Positions 48,793 to 58,670 of a stretch of 64,000 bases of DNA are shown in pieces (within the stretch, counting starts at the first letter, position 1; every line of letters begins with the position of its first letter). Source of the stretch: Myxococcota bacterium (GTDB lineage: Bacteria; Myxococcota; UBA4151); contig JAYZBQ010000048.1 of assembly GCA_036338695.1 (NCBI GenBank), positions 96,001-160,000 of the forward strand, given 5' to 3'. A program made the translations under genes and the position numbers. The notes beneath the pieces were generated by a model, which was not told the origin of the DNA, did no database searches, and was given only the letters and a program-made list of their open reading frames with translations.

Positions 48793-50374
48793 CTAGAGTC
48801 CCTCGACTAATCGGAAAGAACAGGTGGATCGTCGTGCCGTGATCGGGCTCCGAGTCCACCTCAATATGACCACCATGATCTACTACGATGCGCATGACAA
48901 TGGCTAGCCCCAGTCCGGAGCCGCCCCCGCCTCGACGGCGCGAATAAAACGGATCAAAGATCCGCTGCAGGTCATCCTTCGGGATCCCGCAGCCTCGATC
49001 TTCAACCGACAAAACAACCTGATCGAGGGCGCCCGCCTCTCCCGCCATCCGAGCGGTTGAGGCGATGATCGCTGAGCCTGGTTCAGAGGCTTGCGCTGCG
49101 TTGGATAGGAGGTTGTGGAGCAGCTGATGAAGCTGCTGCACCTCCATCTCGACGACGTGTCGCCCGCCGGGGTCAAACTCGAGTGGGTTGTTGCGCCCAT
49201 GGGGGCCTTGAGCGTAGGCGTCCAAGACCTCCTGGACGACCTCCTCGATCACCCTCGGCCTCAGCGACGGTCGGCGAGGGCGAGCCACGGTCAAGAACTC
49301 CTCGACCAGCTTATTGAGGCGCTCACCCTCTTGACGAATGATCTGGATCAACTGCTCGCGCTCGTCAGCGAGGCTCTGATCGGCGCAATTCCCAAGCTCC
49401 TGCGCGGCGCCCGTCATGTTTCCAAGCGGGTTGCGCAGCTCATGAGCAAGCCCCGCCGCCATGCGCCCGATACCGGCCATGCGCGACGCAAACATCACCT
49501 GCTGTTGCATCCCGTGCAGCTCGGTGATGTTCTCGAGGGTCACCAAGGTACCGCTCGAGAAGGGCGTAAACGCCGCACGAAAAACTCGCTCTTGCTCGCC
49601 GACGCGATGAACGACCTCACGAAAGCCCGACGTCGGCACGCGACCGAGCGTCGGCAAAGCCCGACCGACGCGCCGACCGACCAGACGGCCCGCACCGACC
49701 ATCACGCGCGCGGTCGGGTTGGCGACGGCGATCACGCCCATAGTGTCGACCAGCAACAACCCATGGGGCAAATGCTCCACGACGCGCTCGTGCAGGTCGC
49801 GCAGCTCAAGCAGCTCGATTTTGACCGCACGCGCCTGAAAATCAAGCGTGGCGGAGAGCCAAGCAGCCGAGACAAAAGCGACGCTGTGCGTTCCCACAGA
49901 GCGAGCCTCTGCGGCGCTAAAGACGTGCCACATCACCGACCCATCTTCACCCATCGCAGCGGTGATCGTGGCGAGCGTTACGACCGAGATAATCGACGCT
50001 GCGAAGGCGCCCCGGCGCCCCATGACGTTCGTGCCGTTCATCACCACGAGGACAAAGAAAAAGCTCAGCGGGCTCTCTTCAGCGCCTGTCGCCAAAACGA
50101 TCAAACCAGCCAGGAGCGGGTCGAGCATGACCTGCGGGAGCGCGAGCGAGCGCAGGTTCGGGTTCTGGCGCATCATCGCAAACCCGATGACCGTGGCCAG
50201 CGCCACGACGACCATGGCGATATCGAGCGCCAGTATCTGATGACGTGTGGTGATCTCGAAGCTTAACCCTGCCCGAAGGGCGCCGGCCATGACGAAGATC
50301 AGCGCCGTCCGGCCGATCAGGTACCGACGGTACCGCTCCGCCGTGAGCGTCACGGCACCGCTCGGCTCGGACAC
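48767..50374 (-). CDS. pilS: Sensor histidine kinase PilS
   Basis: Multi-TM N-terminus, PAS-like region, AHELRNPL H-box, NLLSNA, DRGCGI, GSGLGL; position after pilC. Confidence 0.85.
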   Translation of the reverse strand: MSEPSGAVTLTAERYRRYLIGRTALIFVMAGALRAGLSFEITTRHQILALDIAMVVVALATVIGFAMMRQNPNLRSLALPQVMLDPLLAGLIVLATGAEESPLSFFFVLVVMNGTNVMGRRGAFAASIISVVTLATITAAMGEDGSVMWHVFSAAEARSVGTHSVAFVSAAWLSATLDFQARAVKIELLELRDLHERVVEHLPHGLLLVDTMGVIAVANPTARVMVGAGRLVGRRVGRALPTLGRVPTSGFREVVHRVGEQERVFRAAFTPFSSGTLVTLENITELHGMQQQVMFASRMAGIGRMAAGLAHELRNPLGNMTGAAQELGNCADQSLADEREQLIQIIRQEGERLNKLVEEFLTVARPRRPSLRPRVIEEVVQEVLDAYAQGPHGRNNPLEFDPGGRHVVEMEVQQLHQLLHNLLSNAAQASEPGSAIIASTARMAGEAGALDQVVLSVEDRGCGIPKDDLQRIFDPFYSRRRGGGGSGLGLAIVMRIVVDHGGHIEVDSEPDHGTTIHLFFPISRGTLDAEDTDRR

Positions 50375-50377
50375 GAC

Positions 50378-51586
50378 CTAGCCGACCTGGTTGATGATAT
50401 CGAAAATCGGCAGATACATGGCGATCACGAGCGTCCCGATGGTCCCCCCGAGGAACACCATCAAAAAGGGCTCGATCATCGAGGTCAACCCATCGACCGC
50501 TGAGTCCACCTCGTCGTCGTAAAAGTCGGCAATCTTTGTCAGCATGATATCGAGCGCACCGCTCTGCTCACCCACTGCGATCATCGAACACACCATCGCC
50601 GGAAAAACGCCAGAATCCAGCAACGGCTCAACCATCGCCTTGCCCTCTGCGATCTGGGCTCGGGTGTTGTCGATCGCCTCGGCGACGATATCATTGCCCG
50701 ATGACTCACTGCAGATCTCGAGCGCATCGATGATGCTCACCCCACTCTGTAGCATGGTCCCAAGCGTACGCGTAAACGACGCCACGGCGGTCTTACGAAT
50801 GAGCGGACCAAGGACTGGCAGATACAAGAACATCTTGTCGGTGTAGTAGTGTCCCTTTTTCGAGCGTCGAATCAGCATCCACACCACCCAGGTCGAGAAG
50901 ACACTCAGGAAAATCGTCGCTAAATTAGCCACCATCCAGTCGGACAAAGCCATCACCCGCTTGGTCAGCTCCGGCAGCGAGCCACCAAAGTCAGCGAACA
51001 TCGACTTGAACGCGGGCAACACCATGGTCATCAGCAAAAATACGACGCCTAGCGCCACGAGGACCGTGATCGCCGGATACATCATGGCGCTCTTGATTTT
51101 TTTCGTCAGCGCATCGGCTTTCTCTTTGTACACCGCAAGCCGCTGCATCACGACGTCGAGCACACCGCCGGTCTCACCCGCCAACACAAGGGAGGTGAAC
51201 AGCTTGTCAAAGATCGCCGGGTGCTCCGCCATCGCCTCCGACAGCGAGGCGCCCTCCTCCACCTTGGCTTTGATCTGCTTGAGCACCCGCCCAAACATCG
51301 GGTTCTCAGCTTGCGACCCCAAAATATCGATGCACATCACGAGCGGAAGCCCCGCGTCGATCATGGTGGAGAACTGCCGCGCAAAGATCACCACGTCGCG
51401 GGTGCTCACACCCGTTGCGCCTGGGATCATGTCCGAGATGTAGAACTCTTTGGGCGCCTTTTTGACCTCGAGGATCTCGCCGCCACGCGCCTCGAGGCGC
51501 TGGCGCGCCAGCTCGATGGTCGGCGCCTCAATATTATCCGTTTCCCGCATCCCGTTGGGGAGGCGGATCGTGTAACGCCATTCCAT
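50378..51586 (-). CDS. pilC: Type IV pilus inner-membrane platform protein
   Basis: FARQFSTMIDAGLPL, GETGGVLD, AMMYP, VGEQSGALD, AMYLPIF. Confidence 0.96.
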   Translation of the reverse strand: MEWRYTIRLPNGMRETDNIEAPTIELARQRLEARGGEILEVKKAPKEFYISDMIPGATGVSTRDVVIFARQFSTMIDAGLPLVMCIDILGSQAENPMFGRVLKQIKAKVEEGASLSEAMAEHPAIFDKLFTSLVLAGETGGVLDVVMQRLAVYKEKADALTKKIKSAMMYPAITVLVALGVVFLLMTMVLPAFKSMFADFGGSLPELTKRVMALSDWMVANLATIFLSVFSTWVVWMLIRRSKKGHYYTDKMFLYLPVLGPLIRKTAVASFTRTLGTMLQSGVSIIDALEICSESSGNDIVAEAIDNTRAQIAEGKAMVEPLLDSGVFPAMVCSMIAVGEQSGALDIMLTKIADFYDDEVDSAVDGLTSMIEPFLMVFLGGTIGTLVIAMYLPIFDIINQVG

Positions 51587-51589
51587 CGC

Positions 51590-52693
51590 CTATCGCCCCC
51601 GCATCCGCTGGGTGCCTGACCCGGTTTGCCCGGAAGCCTCCGAGAGCGCCTTGTCGAACTCTTTGACGTCCGCTGCTCGGGTACGAGCCTCGTTCGCCGT
51701 CACCTTATTGGTCAGCACCAGCTGCACGAGGCTCTGCGTCAGGGTGAGCGTCCCCGTCTCGCCTTGGTTGATCTGCATCTGACCATAGAGCTGATGGAGC
51801 TTATCCTCTCGGATGATGTTTCGCACCGCAGGCGTCGGGTTCATGATCTCCATCGCCAGGGCGCGCCCCTTACCGTTCTTGGTCGGGAGCAGCTGCTGGC
51901 ACAAGACGCCCTCAAGGACGAAGCTCAGCTGCAGCCGGATCTGAGCCTGCTGTGACGCGTCAAAGGCGTCGACGATGCGCGTGATGGTCTGCACGCACGA
52001 GTTGGTGTGCAGCGTCGCCAGCGCCAAGTGACCGGTCTCCGCCATCTTCAGCGCGATCTCGATCGTCTCGAGGTCACGCAGCTCGCCCAGCAAAATCACG
52101 TCGGGATCTTGCCGCAAGGCTGACTTCAGGGCCCGCCCAAAGCTCTTGGTGTCGGCGCCCACCTCGCGCTGGTTGATGATGCAATTCTTGTGGTCGTGGA
52201 CAAACTCGATCGGGTCCTCGATCGTGACGATGTGTTCCCGGCGCTCTCGGTTGATCCGATCGATCATCGAAGCCAGCGTCGTCGACTTACCCGAGCCGGT
52301 CGGTCCGGTGACCAAAATCAAGCCACGCGGCCGGCGCGCCATCTCCGCAACCACGGCGGGTAGACCCAGCGCTTCGAAGCTCAAAATCTCATACGGGATC
52401 ACGCGAAAAACCGCAGCCACGTTGCCCCGTTGAACGAAAACGTTGCCACGAAACCGCGCCAAACCTTTGAGGCCGAAGCTAAAATCGAGCTCGTTGTGCT
52501 CCTCAAACTTGTGCTTCTGACTGTCCGTCATGATGGCGTAAGCCAGGCTGCGCGTGTCGTCACCCGTGAGCGGGTTCCCCGAGACACGCCGGAGCTCGCC
52601 GTGGACGCGCATACAGGGCTGAACGCCTGCGGTCAGGTGGAGATCCGAGGCGCCGACTTCGAGCATGGCGCGCAGGAGGTCAGCGATCTTCAT
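51590..52693 (-). CDS. pilT: Type IV pilus retraction ATPase
   Basis: ASDLHL, GPTGSGKSTT, TIEDPIE, ALRQDPD, AETGHL, TLHTN, NIIRE. Confidence 0.96.
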   Translation of the reverse strand: MKIADLLRAMLEVGASDLHLTAGVQPCMRVHGELRRVSGNPLTGDDTRSLAYAIMTDSQKHKFEEHNELDFSFGLKGLARFRGNVFVQRGNVAAVFRVIPYEILSFEALGLPAVVAEMARRPRGLILVTGPTGSGKSTTLASMIDRINRERREHIVTIEDPIEFVHDHKNCIINQREVGADTKSFGRALKSALRQDPDVILLGELRDLETIEIALKMAETGHLALATLHTNSCVQTITRIVDAFDASQQAQIRLQLSFVLEGVLCQQLLPTKNGKGRALAMEIMNPTPAVRNIIREDKLHQLYGQMQINQGETGTLTLTQSLVQLVLTNKVTANEARTRAADVKEFDKALSEASGQTGSGTQRMRGR

Positions 52694-52696
52694 CGA

Positions 52697-54433
52697 TCAG
52701 TCCGCACCCGAGACACGCAGCACCTCATCAACCGTCGTGACGCCCTCGATGAGCTTATTCAGCCCGGCGCGGCGGATCGTGTCCATACCGCTCCGGATCG
52801 CCTGCTCCTTGAGCTCAGCCGTTGAAGCCCCCTGAAGCACGAGGTCACGCATGTCGTCGTCCATCTCGAGCACCTCATACAGCGCCACGCGGCCTTTGTA
52901 GCCCGTATCGTTGCAGCGCTTACAGCCCGTCCCCTTCTTGAAGACGAAGGTCTCGCTCTCGATCCCCTCCTTGGCTTCGGACTCGCTCATCCCAAGGTCG
53001 ACCAACTCCTCGACCGTGATCTCAATCGGCGCAGCGCACTCCGAGCAGACGCGGCGCGCCAGGCGCTGAGCCACCACCAAGTTCAACGAGGCGGTCACGA
53101 GGAAGGGCTCAATCCCCATATTCACCAAGCGCGTCACCGTCGAGGGTGCGTCGTTGGTGTGCAGAGTCGATAACACCATATGCCCGGTGAGCGCCGCCTT
53201 AATGGCGATCTCACCCGTCTCGAAGTCGCGGATCTCACCGACCATGATGATGTCGGGATCCTGACGCAAGAACGAGCGCAGCGTGGCGGCGAAGTTCAAG
53301 CCGATGTCTTCGTGCTGCTGCACCTGGTTGATCCCCGGCAGGTTGAACTCCACCGGGTCCTCAGCGGTGCTCAAGTTCACCTCGGGGGTGTTGAGTTCCG
53401 ACAAGGCGGAGTACAACGTCGTCGTCTTTCCCGACCCCGTCGGTCCGGTCACCAAGCACATCCCGAAAGGCTGGTGGATGTTGCGCTTGAACTTTTCAAG
53501 GGGCTTGGGCTCGAAACCCAGCTTGGTCATATCGAGCTGCAAGTTCGACTTATCGAGCAGGCGCAAGACCGTCTTTTCGCCGAACAGCGTCGGGCAAACG
53601 GAGACACGATAGTCCATCTCTCGCCCGCGACCTAGCTTGAGCTTGATGCGACCATCTTGAGGCAGTCGACGCTCGGCGATGTCGAGGTTCGAGATGATTT
53701 TGATACGGCTCGTGACCGGGACCTTAAGTTTGAGCGGCAGCCGCATCTGCTCGTAGAGCACACCGTCGATTCGATACCGAATGCGAAAGTCCTTCTCGTA
53801 GGGCTCGACGTGGATATCGGACGCGTTTCGCTTGATCGCCTCGAGCAAGATCATGTTGACGAGCTTGATGATCGGCGCCTCGTCAGCGTCGGCGCCGAGA
53901 TCCATCCCGCCGCCTTCTTCTGCCTTGTCGAAGTCGACGTCACCAAACTCCTCGAGCACCTCGTCCATGTCGTAGCCAGGGAGCTGCTCTTGCTGTTCGC
54001 CAGCTGCCTCGCCGCCATAGTAGTTGTCGATGTGCTCAAGGATCTGCTGCTCGCTCGCCACCCCAGGGATGATCTGAAGGCGCGTAATAAACTTGAGGTC
54101 TTCGAGCGCATCCAGATCCGTCGGGTCGGCCATCGCCACCACCAGGCCGCTACCCGTCCGGTTCACCGGGATCACCAAATGCCTCAGCGCGTTCTCTTTG
54201 GTGATCAGGTTGTAGACGGCGGGCTCGATCTCCCAGGCGTCGAGGTCAATACTCGGGACGCCGTACTGCTGGGACAGGAACTGTGTGAGATCGCTCGCCT
54301 CGATGTACCCAAGCTTGGTCAGCGCATATCCAAGGCGCTCGCCCGACCCCCGCTGGCGCGTCTCCGCTTCCTGAAGCTGCGCAATGTTGATGAGGTTTTC
54401 TCGAACGAGGAGTTCGCCAAGACGCTGGTTCAT
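52697..54433 (-). CDS. pilB: Type IV pilus assembly ATPase
   Basis: MshEN-like RLGELLV/RLGYAL N-terminus, ASDIHVEP, GPTGSGKTTT, LRQDPD, Zn-binding CxxC pairs. Confidence 0.96.
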   Translation of the reverse strand: MNQRLGELLVRENLINIAQLQEAETRQRGSGERLGYALTKLGYIEASDLTQFLSQQYGVPSIDLDAWEIEPAVYNLITKENALRHLVIPVNRTGSGLVVAMADPTDLDALEDLKFITRLQIIPGVASEQQILEHIDNYYGGEAAGEQQEQLPGYDMDEVLEEFGDVDFDKAEEGGGMDLGADADEAPIIKLVNMILLEAIKRNASDIHVEPYEKDFRIRYRIDGVLYEQMRLPLKLKVPVTSRIKIISNLDIAERRLPQDGRIKLKLGRGREMDYRVSVCPTLFGEKTVLRLLDKSNLQLDMTKLGFEPKPLEKFKRNIHQPFGMCLVTGPTGSGKTTTLYSALSELNTPEVNLSTAEDPVEFNLPGINQVQQHEDIGLNFAATLRSFLRQDPDIIMVGEIRDFETGEIAIKAALTGHMVLSTLHTNDAPSTVTRLVNMGIEPFLVTASLNLVVAQRLARRVCSECAAPIEITVEELVDLGMSESEAKEGIESETFVFKKGTGCKRCNDTGYKGRVALYEVLEMDDDMRDLVLQGASTAELKEQAIRSGMDTIRRAGLNKLIEGVTTVDEVLRVSGAD

Positions 54434-54550
54434 GGTTACCCTTATAGACTCTGACGCGACGCCTCAGGATGTGGCGCCGTCGAATGTGCCCTGAGCTTAC
54501 CGCTAGCGGGGTCCCACTGTCAAAATGCAGCGCAGCATGAAATCAGGGGG

Positions 54551-54931
54551 TCAGGTGTCTTTGATCAGCTTGAGCGCAGGCCGCGGTCTCGGCGGCGTTG
54601 AGCGCCCATCGCTGTGCCCTTCGAGGACCGTGAAATCAGGCGCCGGTTTGGGCTCAGGGACGTGGTCAGCCACGATCGCCAAAAGCGCCTCCCAAGGGAC
54701 CAAACAGCGAAAGGGCGTGCCTCCAAAACGGAGCGTCGCCTCGATCCGTTCGGCTCCGAGCGTCAGGTCGATACCTGGCGCCTGCCACGCGATCACGAGC
54801 GGGACGCTCTCGCGATCCATGAGGTGAGAGGGGAGCGCGACGCCATGAACCCGCGGGTCTAAGTGGATATAGACTTTTCCACGCCCCAAGGCCTCTTCGA
54901 GCGCGGCGCGCAGCTTCTCAGGCGTCATCAT
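54551..54931 (-). CDS. sspB: ClpXP adaptor SspB-like protein
   Basis: IHLDPRVHGVALP, LRFGGTPFRCLVPWEAL and RPALKLIK C-terminal ClpX-binding-like tail. Confidence 0.8.
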   Translation of the reverse strand: MMTPEKLRAALEEALGRGKVYIHLDPRVHGVALPSHLMDRESVPLVIAWQAPGIDLTLGAERIEATLRFGGTPFRCLVPWEALLAIVADHVPEPKPAPDFTVLEGHSDGRSTPPRPRPALKLIKDT

Positions 54932-55338
54932 GGGGCGCGCAACCGAGCCTGGACCTGATCGGCCCATGGCAGCGAGCGGTTGCTGCCGTCGGTCTGCACA
55001 AAAGTCACCTCACAGCGACAGATCCGGTGCCGAGGCCGCCCAGCCGTGGGGTTGACAAGCACCTGCACGGAGATCGTGATCGAGGACCGCCCCAGTCGAT
55101 CCAGGCGGCACCAGATCTCAACCACGTCGTTCAGCTGCCCAGGCGCCTCGAAAATAACCTCACCAAACTTGACGGTCACGACGTCTTTCGTGTCGGTCAG
55201 GTCGATCACGTAGCCAGCCACCGCGGTGTCGACCCACTCGAGCAAGCGCCCGCCAAAGAGCCGTCCTTGCGCGTTGAGGTCAGGATACATGATCAGCCGC
55301 CGATCGCAGCGCTCAAAACCCTCGAGTTCTTCGCTCAT
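54928..55338 (-). CDS. Acyl-CoA thioesterase (hotdog fold)
   Basis: [26 protein letters not shown] motifs. Confidence 0.9.
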   Translation of the reverse strand: MSEELEGFERCDRRLIMYPDLNAQGRLFGGRLLEWVDTAVAGYVIDLTDTKDVVTVKFGEVIFEAPGQLNDVVEIWCRLDRLGRSSITISVQVLVNPTAGRPRHRICRCEVTFVQTDGSNRSLPWADQVQARLRAP

Positions 55339-55517
55339 GATTCCTGCCCTCGCCGCGCAATCTCTAGCTCGACTTCGTCGGGCGGCTCGTCGCTCGCGAT
55401 GCGATACGACCCACTAAACCACCGTCCTAAGTCAACGTCTTGGCATCGCTTTGAGCAAAAGGGGCGGAACGAAATCTTGGCGTCATAGGTCTTTGAACAG
55501 ATCGGACAGGTCGGCAT
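55335..55517 (-). CDS. yacG: DNA gyrase inhibitor YacG
   Basis: CPIC...[13 protein letters not shown]...Y.I zinc-finger signature. Confidence 0.92.
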   Translation of the reverse strand: MPTCPICSKTYDAKISFRPFCSKRCQDVDLGRWFSGSYRIASDEPPDEVELEIARRGQES

Positions 55518-56959
55518 CAGTGCACCATCTCGGCGTTGTCTCGACGCACCGCTTGCGGTGTGAACAGGGTGTATTGAGCTCGGAAGTCGAGCATCACGGC
55601 GCCGCGGTCACCGTGACGGTTCTTTAGGACCAGCAGCTTGACCGTGCTGGCGTCGTCGATGGACTCGTCGTCGTCCTCGTCGGCCTTGCTCGGTTTGTGC
55701 AGCACCAAGACCGAGTCGGCGTCTTGCTCAATGGCGCCCGACTCACGAAGGTCAGACAGGCGCGGCTCTCGATCCCCCTTGGACTTACCGTCCTCGCCGA
55801 CAGCCCCCTCCTGCTCCACCTGGCGGCGCAGCTGACTCAGAGCGATGACCGTGATGCCGAGCTCCTTCGCCAAGCCCTTGAGCCCCTTCGAGATCTCAGC
55901 GACCTCTTGCTCACGGCTTCGGTTTTTGGATCCGCCCGCCGACGCCCGCATCAGCTGCAGGTAATCGATCACGATGACCCCGAGTTTCTTTTGACCGTCG
56001 ATCTTTTTAACCTGTCGCTCCAGATTTCGTGTCCGGTGCCGGACATCGGCTAAGGTCAGACCGGGCTGGTCATCCACATGAATGATGGTGTTGTCCATGG
56101 CAGCGACGGCGTCGCCCATGCGCTCCATCACCTTGAAAAATCGATCCGGGTCGGTCTCAAAGGTCGGCATGTTCCGCTTGAGGTCGAGCATATTGACCTT
56201 CGCCGTGCTCGCGAGCAGACGCTCCACCAGCTCTTGCGCCGGCATCTCGAGGCTGAACACCCCGACGGCGCAGTCGTTGAGGCGAGCGACGTTCGCCGCC
56301 ATAGTCAGCGCCAGCGAGGTCTTACCCATCCCAGGGCGCGCGCCGAGGACTACAAAGTGACCAGGCTGCAAGCCGCCGAGGTAGCGGTCTAAGCGCTCGA
56401 ACCCCGTCACCAAGCCGCGCTTGGTTCCAAAAGTTCCCTCGGTCATCTTGCTGGTGATGTCTTTCATCACGTCGACCATGTCGATCATGCCCTGGCCGCT
56501 GTCGCGACGGTCCCTGATCTTCATGATCCGCTGCTCTGCGGCGTCGAGCTTGTCACCAACCTCGACCTCCTTCTCTTGCGCCGCCTGAATGATGTCTTGC
56601 GCCGCCTGGATGAGCTGTCGCAGCTGCGCCTGTTCCGAGATGATCTGCCCCGATCGCTGGATCGACGCTTTGGGGATCATCTGTGCGGCGACGATCTGTT
56701 CGATGTACTCAGCGCCTCCTGCGGTCTGCAGCGCCCCTTGCCGCCTGAGGCGGTCGATCACCACCAGGCTCGGCGCATCGGCGCCGCCCCCTTCAGACTC
56801 TTGGCAGATCGACTCGAAGATAAGCCGGTGCCGTCGGTCATAAAAATCTTCCGGCTGGACGCTCCGAAGGTGATCTTCGTTGAGCTCGGTGGCGAGCATG
56901 AGGCCGCCCAAGAACGTACGTTCTGCTTCGAGATCGATGGGTTGTTGACCCGCTTCCAT
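55517..56959 (-). CDS. dnaB: Replicative DNA helicase
   Basis: [54 protein letters not shown]. Confidence 0.96.
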   Translation of the reverse strand: MEAGQQPIDLEAERTFLGGLMLATELNEDHLRSVQPEDFYDRRHRLIFESICQESEGGGADAPSLVVIDRLRRQGALQTAGGAEYIEQIVAAQMIPKASIQRSGQIISEQAQLRQLIQAAQDIIQAAQEKEVEVGDKLDAAEQRIMKIRDRRDSGQGMIDMVDVMKDITSKMTEGTFGTKRGLVTGFERLDRYLGGLQPGHFVVLGARPGMGKTSLALTMAANVARLNDCAVGVFSLEMPAQELVERLLASTAKVNMLDLKRNMPTFETDPDRFFKVMERMGDAVAAMDNTIIHVDDQPGLTLADVRHRTRNLERQVKKIDGQKKLGVIVIDYLQLMRASAGGSKNRSREQEVAEISKGLKGLAKELGITVIALSQLRRQVEQEGAVGEDGKSKGDREPRLSDLRESGAIEQDADSVLVLHKPSKADEDDDESIDDASTVKLLVLKNRHGDRGAVMLDFRAQYTLFTPQAVRRDNAEMVH

Positions 56960-57099
56960 ACACAATGACCCAACTGGCGCGCAGCCAAGAACCGATAAAT
57001 CCTTCAGATAGCTGAAGAAGCCAAGAGGCACCCGCCTTGCTTCTCAACCGGACGAACGACCTTGACGCCGACCCGCCACCCCCTCTTTTAGACAAGCCC

Positions 57100-57693
57100 A
57101 TGGATCTTCCTCAAGCCCACCCTGCACGACTCGAAGAAATTCTTGAGCGACTCCTCCCTGGACTCGCTTGGCCAGCGCGGCTGAGCGTCACCGGCCTCGC
57201 GCACCTGTGCGCCAAAAACCCATCTCGGGACTCACGCCTCGAGGCGCTCCAGCAGCTGATCACGTACCTTTCAACGCCCGAGCCGACACCAGTCATGAGC
57301 GATGCGCACCAGGTCGACCAACTCCTCGCCGGTGAGCTCGCCTTCAGCGCCGTTGAGCGTGTCTTCGTGGTCCCACTCGACGGCCAGGGGCGCCCGATCC
57401 ACGCTCACGAGCTGAGCCAAGGGACACTTGAGTCCTGCTCCGTCCCCCTTCGTGCCCTCGTCCATCACCTGCTCGACGTCGGCGCCAGCCGCTTCATCTT
57501 GGTGCACAACCATCCCAGCGGAGACGCCACCCCCAGCGACCAAGACCGCCGGATCACCGAGCGTTTACGGGCTCGCTGCGCGCCGCTCGATCTGACCTTA
57601 GTCGATCACGTCGTGATCGCCCGAAACGGGTACGGTTCTGCGCGCTTCAGCGAAGCCGTCACGCCGCGCGCTTGGCTTCGATTCGCTGGCTAG
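57100..57693 (+). CDS. radC: RadC-like JAB-domain protein
   Basis: E...GT...VHNHPSGDATPSDQD...LVDHVVI JAB motif; start inferred. Confidence 0.85.
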   Translation: MDLPQAHPARLEEILERLLPGLAWPARLSVTGLAHLCAKNPSRDSRLEALQQLITYLSTPEPTPVMSDAHQVDQLLAGELAFSAVERVFVVPLDGQGRPIHAHELSQGTLESCSVPLRALVHHLLDVGASRFILVHNHPSGDATPSDQDRRITERLRARCAPLDLTLVDHVVIARNGYGSARFSEAVTPRAWLRFAG

Positions 57694-58388
57694 AACGGGA
57701 CGGAGTCGTCGCCATCCTCACCGTCGAAGTTGAAGCCTTGATTGGGCGCTGGCTGCGGGGCGTTTGAGACCGGCGCTGCGGCCGGCTGTGCGGCCGGCTG
57801 CGCGGGCGGCGCCGTGCTCGCCTGAGGCGCCTGGCTGCCGTAGGCGTTGCCGTAACCGGAGCTCTGTGCCCCATAACCGCCATAGCCACCGCCTTGCTGA
57901 CCGCCGCCGTAGCCGCCGCCTTGCTGACCGCCGCCGTAGCCGCCGCCTTGTTGACCGCCGCCGTAGCCGCCGCCTTGTTGACCCCCGCCATAGCCGCCGC
58001 CTTGCTTGCTGCCGCCGTAGCCGCCGCCTGATGAACCTGAGTAACTATCGGACTCGCCGCGCCCACCGAGAAACTGAACGATCTGCGCCACGACTTCGGT
58101 CTTGTAGCGCTTTTTACCCTCTTGATCGTCCCAACTGCGCGTCTGCATACGCCCTTCAACGTACACCGAGCGCCCTTTGGACAAGAACTTACCAGCGTTC
58201 TCAGCGGTGCGCCCGAAGGTCACAACGGTCACCCACTCTGTCTGATCTTCCCACTGCCCGTCTTGGGTCCGGCGGCGATCCGTACACGCTAAACGGAGCT
58301 CGCACACCGGCGTGCCCGAGTTCGTCATTCGGACCTCAGGGTCTTGCCCAAGGTTTCCGATCAAAATCACTTTGTTTACGCCCGCCAT
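57690..58388 (-). CDS. ssb: Single-stranded DNA-binding protein
   Basis: VNKVILIGNLGQDPE OB fold, Gly/Gln/Tyr linker, acidic DDSVPF tip. Confidence 0.97.
   Translation of the reverse strand: MAGVNKVILIGNLGQDPEVRMTNSGTPVCELRLACTDRRRTQDGQWEDQTEWVTVVTFGRTAENAGKFLSKGRSVYVEGRMQTRSWDDQEGKKRYKTEVVAQIVQFLGGRGESDSYSGSSGGGYGGSKQGGGYGGGQQGGGYGGGQQGGGYGGGQQGGGYGGGQQGGGYGGYGAQSSGYGNAYGSQAPQASTAPPAQPAAQPAAAPVSNAPQPAPNQGFNFDGEDGDDSVPF
57883..58028. repeat. 27-bp tandem repeat (about 5.4 copies) encoding GGGYGGGQQ in the SSB linker
   Basis: Unit TAGCCGCCGCCTTGCTGACCGCCGCCG with few substitutions, read directly. Confidence 0.9.
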
Positions 58389-58670
58389 AATCGACCTCTC
58401 TGATGCGCTTAGGCACCCCATCGAACCTGTGCAGCGGCTCATAACGACTTTGACCGCAAGCCACCACTACCTTCCATCGCCTCATGATCAATTACCCCTC
58501 TGACACGCTCCATAGCGGCACGGACACCACCTGCTGACAAGCGGCGCAGCGGCGCTGAAAAAACGGTCCTAGCCGGATGAACGCACGACCCCTCGGGAGG
58601 GGCCCACAACCGGCCGAGATGGCCGTGTCTCGAATCGATCGACGGTCGAGTAAGGGGCGCAGTCGCTATT

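Noticed and set aside
55517..56959. Intein in DnaB
   Set aside because: Normal length with contiguous helicase motifs; only short loop insertions.
57100..57693. RadC as a marker of a mobile element
   Set aside because: Flanked by dnaB and ssb with no integrase, transposase or att-like repeats seen.
57883..58028. CRISPR-like repeat array
   Set aside because: Head-to-tail repeats without spacers, in frame within ssb; no cas genes.
58389..58670. About 280-bp spacer between dacB and ssb as an ncRNA or small gene
   Set aside because: No convincing stem set, RBS-led ORF or known motif found by eye; probably the ssb promoter region.
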